DNA of 64,000 nt from sequence record MT661596.1, one strand, 5' to 3'. A program made the position numbers and the translations under genes. Positions 55,783-64,000 of this stretch are shown here, one piece after another. Within the stretch, counting starts at the first letter, position 1. Each line of letters begins with the position of its first letter. The notes beneath the pieces were generated by a model. The model saw nothing but the letters and a program-made list of their open reading frames with translations, ran no database searches and was not told where the DNA came from.

Positions 55783-56365
55783 TAACGGGACTAACCTACA
55801 GTGTTCTTATTACGAAGTAGCTGATGCTGAGTTGTTTGCGGATGATGTCTTAGAGCAAATTATTCAACGCGTTAAAAATAAAGACGTCACTCTACCCTCG
55901 CTTGTACATTCTTTTATTAACGATATAAACAACTCGGAACGGGAACTGGTTAGTATTGCTAACATACATCGATTCGATAACCCCAAAGAAGGTCAATCGT
56001 GGATGGATGAACAAATAAATAAATACCTCGGGGAATCGTGTCCGAGAACCTGTGCAAATGTAGACCATATTGCCAGACGTATAAGAAAACTGAGGGCGAT
56101 GATATTAATAAATTCATCTATCTATTACGATTTAAATGACTCAATAATCACCGACCATGATTGGGATAGAATAGCCTACTCGTTAGTGGCATTGCAGACA
56201 AAGTACCCTCAACTCGTCGACAAAATAAATTACTTTGATAAAGAATTTGCCGACTTTGATGGTTCTACAGGTTATAACCTACCTTATAGAACATCAATGA
56301 TATTCGGCATTGCACAACGTATATTAAATCACCATTACGAATTAAAAGGAATAACTCATGAATAA
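55736..56365 (+). CDS. protein with stand-alone NAD-dependent DNA ligase domain Ia-like C-terminus
   Basis: IYYDLNDSIITDHDWDRIAYSLVALQTKYP resembles LigA YY..D.P.ISDAEYD.L...L..LE..YP; no KxDG motif; start uncertain. Confidence 0.68.
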   Translation: MCTKILELILQCSLDDNGTNLQCSYYEVADAELFADDVLEQIIQRVKNKDVTLPSLVHSFINDINNSERELVSIANIHRFDNPKEGQSWMDEQINKYLGESCPRTCANVDHIARRIRKLRAMILINSSIYYDLNDSIITDHDWDRIAYSLVALQTKYPQLVDKINYFDKEFADFDGSTGYNLPYRTSMIFGIAQRILNHHYELKGITHE

Positions 56366-58097
56366 CGGCAGACGTATTAACATAGATAACGGTTGGAGCA
56401 TTAACATAACCGAGACATTTGTTTCATTAGTAAATCCTGTTGGTGACACCGTCTCTGTGGTCAACGCCGACCAATTCAATTCTGGTTACCCAACTATGAA
56501 CGGTTTATTAAGTTCTAGTGGAGTTGAAGTTGAGCAAGGTGTCAGCGTGCCAGAGGGATTGATTGCACTTGCTATTATGTTAGACATCGCTGTTCGTCAT
56601 CAAGCGGGTGTCAGTGTAAATGAACAATCTACAGAAGAAACTCTTTCTGTTATATCCATGCTGTGGGCATTCATTGAATCTATCTCAGATAACACTTTAG
56701 ATAACTGGCCTGTGTCTTTTAACTATAGTCTATCCAGTGGTTATATAACACCAATCCGTATTAATATCGACGATAAATTTGATGATAACACAGATGTGTC
56801 TTTTAACGGGTTTGTTACCATCGACGGTTATGACGAGGTTCTAGATATAGTAATCGACGTCTATGGTACCTCTAACGCGCTCGGGGAAACTATTGATGGG
56901 TTATTAACCAACTTCGATAATGACTCAATTGCAGAGAGTGATGAACCATTACATTCATTAGATGATACCGATACTGCTAACCTAAAACCTATTGTTACAA
57001 TAAAGGCCCCTAGTGGTGTTAGCGTTAGCACTTATAGTGAAACAGGTTATTATAAAGCTGATTTGATTAAATTCAATATCGGAAATAAAACTTGTTTAGA
57101 AAAGCGCTCAACTAATGGCTCATTTAATTTACTTGAAACGATTATTACGGTATGGCACGAGTTAGCGCTCCGCTTGCCCTCTCCAGAAATCATAGCAGTC
57201 TCTGATGTCGATGCTGCAACGTTAATGGCAGGTATTTCAGAAATCGTTAATCAGTTTGTTTCTGATGTCGATGCTGTACTTAGTTTAGAGCATGGTATCA
57301 GTGTTGAATACGTTGAGCGTGTTAGACACACATTAGCGTGCCGTGTTGTTGCAAGCTATGCCGAAGAATCAGGTTGTGTTGATTTAAGTTATGAATTCAG
57401 TGAGATTAACACACTGGGTGACTACACAAAATCCATCACCTTCCAAAGAAACACTTTGGATTGGAAACCACTAACGCCTACTCAAATGACGGATGCAGTT
57501 GGTCGTGAGTTAGGTGTTGTCTTTGGACATACTGATGAGCAACTAGCTATTCGTAGTCTGCTAACTGAATCTGGCGCTGAGGTGCATGCTGTTGCCTGTG
57601 TCACTTCATCATTAGGTATCGGAAAAGATAATCAACTTGTTTATCGTAGTAAAGAAGATATGGCGTTCTTCATGGCCCACACCGATGAGTGCCCTGTTAT
57701 AATGGGGTTAGCTACTTTTGAATCTATCGGTAAACCACTTAAAAACAGACGTAATATTGTTCTAACCTCAAATCCCGATGAGCTTAACAAGAAATACGAA
57801 AGTTACGGTACGTTTACGATTATCTTTGTATCTAATCTTGTTGACGCTGTTGCTCATGCTGTTAAGTTTGCTGATGAACAAACGCCTATTTGTATCATTG
57901 GTGGTGAATCCGTTTATAACCAATTCCTTCAATATACAGACAAGTGTTTTCTCACTGTAGCAAATATTGATGTTGATTGCGATAGACATTTCCCTAACCT
58001 GACCTCGCAGCACTGGACAACCACACCAGTGGCTATCGATGAAAAACTTAAAACAGATTCTGATAAACATGTCAGAATGATGTTTGAACGTAAATAA
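56358..58097 (+). CDS. dihydrofolate reductase fused to a ~410-aa unknown acidic N-terminal region
   Basis: C-terminal GIGKDNQL..SKEDMAFF..VIMG..TFESIGKPLKNRRNIVL..IIGGESVY..DCDRHFP. Confidence 0.88.
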   Translation: MNNGRRINIDNGWSINITETFVSLVNPVGDTVSVVNADQFNSGYPTMNGLLSSSGVEVEQGVSVPEGLIALAIMLDIAVRHQAGVSVNEQSTEETLSVISMLWAFIESISDNTLDNWPVSFNYSLSSGYITPIRINIDDKFDDNTDVSFNGFVTIDGYDEVLDIVIDVYGTSNALGETIDGLLTNFDNDSIAESDEPLHSLDDTDTANLKPIVTIKAPSGVSVSTYSETGYYKADLIKFNIGNKTCLEKRSTNGSFNLLETIITVWHELALRLPSPEIIAVSDVDAATLMAGISEIVNQFVSDVDAVLSLEHGISVEYVERVRHTLACRVVASYAEESGCVDLSYEFSEINTLGDYTKSITFQRNTLDWKPLTPTQMTDAVGRELGVVFGHTDEQLAIRSLLTESGAEVHAVACVTSSLGIGKDNQLVYRSKEDMAFFMAHTDECPVIMGLATFESIGKPLKNRRNIVLTSNPDELNKKYESYGTFTIIFVSNLVDAVAHAVKFADEQTPICIIGGESVYNQFLQYTDKCFLTVANIDVDCDRHFPNLTSQHWTTTPVAIDEKLKTDSDKHVRMMFERK

Positions 58098-58106
58098 GTA
58101 ATCCAT

Positions 58107-58124
58107 GGCGGGGTAACACCCGCC
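58107..58124 (+). terminator. short GC hairpin
   Basis: GGCGGG-GTAACA-CCCGCC; weak U tract. Confidence 0.45.
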
Positions 58125-58165
58125 AACTATTTAACAACTAATAAACGTACTATTAAAGGACTAAC

Positions 58166-58543
58166 ATGAAGAAGGTGCCTTACACTCTTGCATCAACTGG
58201 CGAGATTAACTGGAATGTAATCATCCGTATATTAGCCACAATACTAACGGACAGTTCGATAACAATTAATAAAGAGCGTATGCTGACTTCACCAAGCATC
58301 CTAAATAGAATGCCTAATGGTGTTAAACGTAGCATACATCGTCTCCGTGACTTTGCTAAAATACATTTAACCAATACTAACAACCGAGATACTTTTAAAA
58401 GATTAGCGATGCAGCATGGTTATGAGTTATCCTTTACTAGAACAATAAAAGGGTGCCACTGCCACATCGAAATTAAAACAGACAAAGGTATCATTAAGTT
58501 TAAAGTAATGAGAGCTCACAATGTCCAGAAAACCAGTTTATGA
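58166..58543 (+). CDS. hypothetical basic protein
   Basis: 125 aa, AAGGA SD. Confidence 0.72.
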   Translation: MKKVPYTLASTGEINWNVIIRILATILTDSSITINKERMLTSPSILNRMPNGVKRSIHRLRDFAKIHLTNTNNRDTFKRLAMQHGYELSFTRTIKGCHCHIEIKTDKGIIKFKVMRAHNVQKTSL

Positions 58544-58853
58544 ATTTAGCAAACCAAGTTTCCCACGGTATTTAGGTTTAAATAATAATGAACTACGCAC
58601 AGCGATTGCTGTCGCAGAAATCGAACATTACATGAAAACTATGGATTTAGCTATAGCTTCCGCGTTATGGAGTGATGGTAATAATCATTTACCCTTGGAC
58701 GTTAACGTGATTATTAAAAAAGTATCAATGCGTTTAGCAGATAGATTCACCGAGAAAATGGCTATTGCTGTTGCTGCGGATGTGTTGTTAGATAAGAACC
58801 CATTAGAACGATACACACTTAAAAGAAAGTCGTTTGAAGCTTTTATAAACTAA
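58521..58853 (+). CDS. hypothetical protein
   Basis: 110 aa. Confidence 0.7.
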   Translation: MSRKPVYEFSKPSFPRYLGLNNNELRTAIAVAEIEHYMKTMDLAIASALWSDGNNHLPLDVNVIIKKVSMRLADRFTEKMAIAVAADVLLDKNPLERYTLKRKSFEAFIN

Positions 58854-58854
58854 A

Positions 58855-58922
58855 CCGACATAAAGAGAGATACCCTGCTAATGGGGTATCTCTCTAGTTT
58901 ATGCCGTTATTTTTTTTTTTTT
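58855..58922. terminator. bidirectional stem-loop, CATA/TATG family
   Basis: AGAGAGATACCC...GGGTATCTCTCT with CGACATAAA/TTTATGCCG arms and T run; convergent genes. Confidence 0.85.
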
Positions 58923-58923
58923 A

Positions 58924-61035
58924 TCACCAGCCAAAGATTGTTGCTGACGACTCTCTGTAAGATGGTGGGGTTTCTGGGATATCCTCAGTGATTAAATCAT
59001 TATCGTTTAATGTGTTATAGAAATCTTCTACACCACTGCTAATGACATCGTCAACCGTGTCTAAAGACTCAACACCTTCACCAAGCACTTCATCTACATT
59101 AACATTACTACCGTATCTATCAATACCCATTAAAGAATCAACCTGGTCTCGTGACCACGCCATGATATCTTCTGACCGAGTAGATATATTAGGTTCATTA
59201 CCTGTATCAAGAATGAAACTAACAACGTAAACAATTTCATCTTGACCAATACGGTGCATGCGGGAGATAGCCTGCATACGGTGATGCCATCTAAATGGTT
59301 GGTTTATTAACAATCCCGTATTAGCAACTGTTACTGGGTTACCCTCAGCGAGTGATTTGAACGTCGCTATTGCAGGATTTATTTCATCGTCAGTTCTAAA
59401 CTTACGAAGAATATTTTCAATGTCTTTAGTGGTATCACCATAAACAACACAAGGATTATAACCAAGTTCTTTACATCTATCGTCTGTTGCTTTTAACACA
59501 TCAACGAAATCTGTAAACACTAAAACCTTTTTCAGAGAGTTTTCAATCCATAGCTCAAAGTCTATCTCTTTAACCATCTCAACGTGACAGTTAATACGCT
59601 CTCTCCCTAACACCCGACCTAGACATTCACCTTTTATCTTAAGGTCTACATACTTAACAACGGAACGCGCGTCCTTAAATGCTTTCTTAAGAGTTTGGGG
59701 TAACACGGGCATAATCTGTTTTAGTTCGTAGTCATTACAGAACTTAGATAAGTCAGCCATTGTAGTGTTATCATATCCGTGCTTAACAAAGGTGTTAATA
59801 ATACCTTTATACTTAGCAAATTCATCGAACTCTGCTTTGGATTTCAAAGTGCTGTAAAAGATAGCTAAAGACTCATCATAAATCTTTTGATACTCTTTCT
59901 TATGCTTCATGTAAAATTCGAAACGGGTCTTAATGAATTCAGACATCACTTTACGTATAGATTCTAAAGTGTATCTTGAACCATTGGGGATAACCACTTT
60001 ACTTTGAATTTCCTCTGGCTTGTCTTTCATGAATTTACTTTTAGGTATGGAGTAAGATACATAACCTAAACGATTAGCTAAAATCTCATTGGCTTTACCT
60101 GGTGTCTTACCCCATATCTTTTTGATAGCAACTTCTACTTCCGGTGTAAAGTCAGGTATAATGCTTTTAAATAAAGGTATAGCTTCAGACCCCATGGCTT
60201 TAATAGCTGTACCACTACACCATATGTTGTTTGTAGAACCAGACACATCACATAGCTTATCGAATAACTTAGACCGATTAGATGTACCACTATTCATGTT
60301 GTGAGATTCATCTAAGATAATGCCAGTGCTTGCTAGTCTGTACTTACTGGCAAATGCAACTGCCTTATCTAAGTCTTCATACCCGAATATCATCCACTTA
60401 TGGGGTTTTGTTATCGGAACCTTATCGGCAGACGACCAGATGTCTTGTTTAAGCGTAAGGTTATCGGTTAGTGTATTTTTCCATACATCATTAGCAACAC
60501 CCGGCGGGCAGATGACATATATGTTCTCAGTTCCTAATGCAAGGTGTGTAGCAATTGCACCAATTGTTTTACCCGACCCAGGAGCTCCGGCATAGAGAGC
60601 ACCTTTTAAGTTAAATCGAGGTTTAACATTATTGTAGTATTGTATAAACTTAGATTGGTCTTCAAGTAGTTTGAAGTTAATCGATTTTGTTTTGTTAATA
60701 TCTAATACATCATCATAATTAGATAAGGTATTTGCAAGCCATGTTTTTTGATTGAGTAATTCAATTATCTGGAAAATAGTTCTTCTATTTAATCTAGTAG
60801 ATTTATTTTCCAGCATTGTCTCCAGTATAAACTTCACCTCTAATGCAAAGAAGCTATGAAATCTAACACGACTAGGTTTAATATCTATAAACATGTACTT
60901 GGCTATTTTTGTCGTTTCATAAATAGATTTTATATCTCTTTCGACAAACCGAGTGTTAAGTCCAGATATTGTTACGATGTTATTCTTTTCAGACACATCT
61001 ATTAACCCTAAAGCCTTCCGTAAAATACCAATCAT
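58924..61035 (-). CDS. SF2 (SNF2-related) helicase/translocase
   Basis: GAPGSGKT, ILDESH, SGT, KVLVFTDF, QAISRMHRIGQ. Confidence 0.88.
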   Translation of the reverse strand: MIGILRKALGLIDVSEKNNIVTISGLNTRFVERDIKSIYETTKIAKYMFIDIKPSRVRFHSFFALEVKFILETMLENKSTRLNRRTIFQIIELLNQKTWLANTLSNYDDVLDINKTKSINFKLLEDQSKFIQYYNNVKPRFNLKGALYAGAPGSGKTIGAIATHLALGTENIYVICPPGVANDVWKNTLTDNLTLKQDIWSSADKVPITKPHKWMIFGYEDLDKAVAFASKYRLASTGIILDESHNMNSGTSNRSKLFDKLCDVSGSTNNIWCSGTAIKAMGSEAIPLFKSIIPDFTPEVEVAIKKIWGKTPGKANEILANRLGYVSYSIPKSKFMKDKPEEIQSKVVIPNGSRYTLESIRKVMSEFIKTRFEFYMKHKKEYQKIYDESLAIFYSTLKSKAEFDEFAKYKGIINTFVKHGYDNTTMADLSKFCNDYELKQIMPVLPQTLKKAFKDARSVVKYVDLKIKGECLGRVLGRERINCHVEMVKEIDFELWIENSLKKVLVFTDFVDVLKATDDRCKELGYNPCVVYGDTTKDIENILRKFRTDDEINPAIATFKSLAEGNPVTVANTGLLINQPFRWHHRMQAISRMHRIGQDEIVYVVSFILDTGNEPNISTRSEDIMAWSRDQVDSLMGIDRYGSNVNVDEVLGEGVESLDTVDDVISSGVEDFYNTLNDNDLITEDIPETPPSYRESSATIFGW

Positions 61036-61068
61036 AACTCACCCAAAAATTAATTAAAGAAGATAACT

Positions 61069-61503
61069 ATGTGCACAAAAAGACAACTTGTACACACACT
61101 GAACTATAAGATTGGAGAAGCCGTTTCCAATATAGACGGTGTGACCGATATCACCCTTAAAATGCGATATACGCACCAACAGTCATTTAAATACATGTTA
61201 GTTGTACGTAACACCAACTTAAAGGAAGTCATCGTTACAGAGCCTCTGCGTGATGTTATGAGAACATTAGGGTTTGTAATACAAACTACTATTGATAAAG
61301 CTCTTGCAAGACCAGACGCGTCGGTTAACGGAATTAGCAATTCCGTAATTGACACATTTACGGCGTTAAGTGCATTTTCCAGTAAGAATGCTATTTTAAC
61401 TGTAGCCTTAGATGCCGATACTTTAAATAACAAAGGCGACATCTTACTCCATATGGAGATAGAGTACGCTAAACACTTCCTACGAAGGTTGACATCATGT
61501 TAA
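61069..61503 (+). CDS. hypothetical protein
   Basis: 144 aa; weak SD. Confidence 0.65.
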   Translation: MCTKRQLVHTLNYKIGEAVSNIDGVTDITLKMRYTHQQSFKYMLVVRNTNLKEVIVTEPLRDVMRTLGFVIQTTIDKALARPDASVNGISNSVIDTFTALSAFSSKNAILTVALDADTLNNKGDILLHMEIEYAKHFLRRLTSC

Positions 61504-62006
61504 AAACAATAATGACGCATCACTTAACGGTGCTAGCGTTATCACATAACAACTTAGAAGAATATGTAGATGGGGTTCGGCAAAGAATTAGTGGGTCTAT
61601 CATAGCTCAAGCTAAAACCACTGCACCTGGTAATTATTTTGATATCAACGTGCGGTTTTTTCTTGGGTTTTGTGATTCGGTGGGGTCGTATACTAAAATA
61701 ACAACAATTATTAGTTGTCGACAGACAGGTAATGAATGCGCCGATTCTATCATTATCCCTATAAATGCTATTCAATCTTCTCCATTGAATAATCTCATAT
61801 ACACCTTATCCAGTCATGGGGCTATTATGGCTAGACTTGCACGCTCCCATGCGGCGGGAGAAGAATTCAATGCTGTTAAACTCAAACTACAATCGGCAAT
61901 AAGTGAAAGCTTCCCTAACCATAACGTTATTTCTTATGCAGAGCACGGTAAGTATAGCGCCCCCGGGCTAGAACTTGAGTTAGTTAAAAAGAACATTCTG
62001 TTATAA
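61497..62006 (+). CDS. hypothetical protein
   Basis: 169 aa, AAGGT SD. Confidence 0.7.
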   Translation: MLKTIMTHHLTVLALSHNNLEEYVDGVRQRISGSIIAQAKTTAPGNYFDINVRFFLGFCDSVGSYTKITTIISCRQTGNECADSIIIPINAIQSSPLNNLIYTLSSHGAIMARLARSHAAGEEFNAVKLKLQSAISESFPNHNVISYAEHGKYSAPGLELELVKKNILL

Positions 62007-62025
62007 AGATATGAACACTTAACTT

Positions 62026-62055
62026 AAGGGCGGTGGATTCTGCCCTTTTATGCGG
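62026..62055 (+). terminator. stem-loop
   Basis: AAGGGCGG-TGGATT-CTGCCCTT then TTATGCG. Confidence 0.6.
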
Positions 62056-62071
62056 ACTAGGTACAATTACA

Positions 62072-62578
62072 ATGACAAATGGGTTAACCATGTTTATGGG
62101 TTTAGAAGTTATAACAGCTATTTTATTAATGGTACTATCGAGCAGCGCATTGATTATAATGTTATTAAAGAAAATGAATGATGAATATAAACACCAACAA
62201 GCACTGGAACGAATTAATATCAAAGTAACTAAACTTGTTAATAACCTAATAGAAAAGCTAAAAGAATCGGGTGACAGTTGCGTTTGTTCGGATAAGATGG
62301 ATTACCAGAACTATATGGTAAAACATATAGAGAAATATCTTAAACGCAATGTAACTAATTACATAATCAGATATTCATATGGACAAAAATCCATCCTACA
62401 ACTGATACCTAAAGTATCCATAAAGACAGAATCAACTTCAGGTGATATTCTTATTTCAGCTGGGGTCAGCGGGCGGAAACCTGCTATTGTAACAACCTTC
62501 AATTTACCAGCGTCTGCCCATTGCAGTCGTTATTTTAACGAAACAATCCTAGCACAAAAGGAAATATCTAATGTCTAA
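62072..62578 (+). CDS. N-terminally membrane-anchored protein
   Basis: start moved downstream of the hairpin to ATG 62072; TM VITAILLMVLSSSALIIMLL. Confidence 0.7.
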   Translation: MTNGLTMFMGLEVITAILLMVLSSSALIIMLLKKMNDEYKHQQALERINIKVTKLVNNLIEKLKESGDSCVCSDKMDYQNYMVKHIEKYLKRNVTNYIIRYSYGQKSILQLIPKVSIKTESTSGDILISAGVSGRKPAIVTTFNLPASAHCSRYFNETILAQKEISNV

Positions 62579-63815
62579 ACAAACACCCAAAGAGCAAAAA
62601 CAACTTCGTAAACAAGTGGCTGCTTTTGGCGGGTTGCAGTGGGAACACGACTGGGCTAACACCATTGGTCCTCACCTTGATAATTTGTTTCGCGATAACT
62701 TAACTAATAAAGTACATCGCGAATATAAAGGTAAAGAACGCTTCCCTGTTAACTTTGGTATCGATTTGTCTGTTGATATGGCTAATCGTCGGTTTGTATT
62801 GGTTGAATGGAAAACCTTTACAAAGGTGACCGATATTCGTGAAGCGGTAGAATCGGGCGAAGCTGAGGTTCAAACATTCTTTATTTCATTTAATGCTCTA
62901 CAAGCTCAGGCTCGTAAAGCGACAGAAATGAAACAGAAACTCGATGCACGTTGGTGTTGTGTTCCAGAAGTCCCTGTTGTTGAAACAAAACCAGGTGCAG
63001 CTGACTGGTTGAAAGAACTACGCGCTGACGTAACCTCATACATGGTTAAGGCAAAAGAAATCTACATGAATAAGGTATCTGAACTCTCTAAAGAGTACGG
63101 TGAACTTAATGACCAAAACTTGTATGTTGGTGTTAATTTCGGTTATGATACCGATACGCGTAAACTCGTTTATATCTTGCAAACGCAAGGTCCTTTAGAT
63201 GCTATTAAAGGCGTCCCTTATAAACAAGACCACCGTGACTTGGATATGGGTGATTTAGAATTACCTACCCACGAACGCGATGTTAATGGTATTAACGCTC
63301 CAGCTATTCTAGCTGACCTTGTCGCTGAGGAAGGTGGGTGGATTCGTATTAGCCGTCCATCAAAAGACTGTTATGATAATAATGCTAAAGAACTAGTTGA
63401 TATCTTAATGGAACGCGCGACAGTCACTTGTGATAAAGCGATTGAGATTGCGGCTGACCACGGTATCTCTGGTGAACCTAAAGTTGTTTTTGATTCGTCT
63501 ACTGGTCGCCTTGATATCTACTATCATAACGACGGTCAAGCACATAAAGACCTTGATGAAGTGGGTCGTTTAAAAATGGGTCGAAACGTAGGTAACCTAC
63601 TTGATGTTATAACTCGTGTAGAGCCAGACCTATGGGTTGTAGCGTTACCGAAGTTCAACACCGTGTTCACAGATAAGTATGGTGACAACATCCCACCTAA
63701 ATATACTTTTGTTAAAGTAGAGCCTATCAAAGAAGATTTATCTGCTCGTGGGCTAACTAAAGTACACACCCCTATCGACGAATCGCCATTAGCGAATGAA
63801 GAGGTTATTCATTAA
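62571..63815 (+). CDS. hypothetical protein
   Basis: 414 aa, AAGGA SD. Confidence 0.8.
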   Translation: MSKQTPKEQKQLRKQVAAFGGLQWEHDWANTIGPHLDNLFRDNLTNKVHREYKGKERFPVNFGIDLSVDMANRRFVLVEWKTFTKVTDIREAVESGEAEVQTFFISFNALQAQARKATEMKQKLDARWCCVPEVPVVETKPGAADWLKELRADVTSYMVKAKEIYMNKVSELSKEYGELNDQNLYVGVNFGYDTDTRKLVYILQTQGPLDAIKGVPYKQDHRDLDMGDLELPTHERDVNGINAPAILADLVAEEGGWIRISRPSKDCYDNNAKELVDILMERATVTCDKAIEIAADHGISGEPKVVFDSSTGRLDIYYHNDGQAHKDLDEVGRLKMGRNVGNLLDVITRVEPDLWVVALPKFNTVFTDKYGDNIPPKYTFVKVEPIKEDLSARGLTKVHTPIDESPLANEEVIH

Positions 63816-63958
63816 TGTGCGACACTGACACAGTTGATGTTGTGTGCGATGATGGAAGTATTAAAAGAATGACTGTTGCTGAAGTTGATGCGTTACGCAT
63901 TCAGTGTAAGATGGTATTTGTTGTTCCGGGTAGTCGTCGTAAACAAAAAGATAACTAA
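63815..63958 (+). CDS. small hypothetical protein (47 aa, below the ORF-track cut-off)
   Basis: TAATG overlap, GAGGT SD; MCDTDTVDVVCDDGSIKRMTVAEVDALRIQCKMVFVVPGSRRKQKDN. Confidence 0.6.
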   Translation: MCDTDTVDVVCDDGSIKRMTVAEVDALRIQCKMVFVVPGSRRKQKDN

Positions 63959-63960
63959 AC

Positions 63961-64000
63961 TGACATAGGAGAGGATAAGGGTAATTCCTTATCCTCTCTT
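63961..64000 (+). terminator. stem-loop, CATA family (truncated by the window edge)
   Basis: TGACATAG-GAGAGGATAAGG-GTAATT-CCTTATCCTCTC. Confidence 0.7.

Noticed and set aside
1-64000. Stop-codon reassignment
   Set aside because: Genes pack tightly under the standard code; the single internal TAA at 46786 fits a pseudogene

Overview
The window is a 64-kb internal segment of an AT-rich phiKZ-like (nucleus-forming, Chimalliviridae-type) jumbo myophage that infects a Gram-negative host; the Gram-negative call rests on an overlapped spanin pair. Assignments come from motif reading and recalled phiKZ-family gene order, not database searches. 1-30.3 kb is the conserved core: a likely non-virion RNAP beta N-terminal subunit, a Q/P-rich 892-aa protein, portal, baseplate/structural genes, RuvC, holin plus i-/o-spanin, four paralogous tail-fibre genes, the central spike and an SbcC ATPase. 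30.3-64 kb is mostly plus-strand accessory genes behind five copies of an early-promoter motif (ACCTAYATWA-N4-TRTGT). It includes TS, TK, a DHFR fusion, a HAD nucleotidase, an HD protein, two GNATs, an SF2 helicase, an isolated internal head protein and many hypotheticals. The most unusual observations are stand-alone fragments resembling essential enzymes (an RNAP-like DFDGD motif protein, an NrdA-like C-terminal redox tail, a LigA domain Ia), a secreted lytic transglycosylase lacking its catalytic Glu plus a separate PG-binding-domain protein, and a conserved CATA/TATG-armed stem-loop family. No tRNA, rRNA or CRISPR array was seen.
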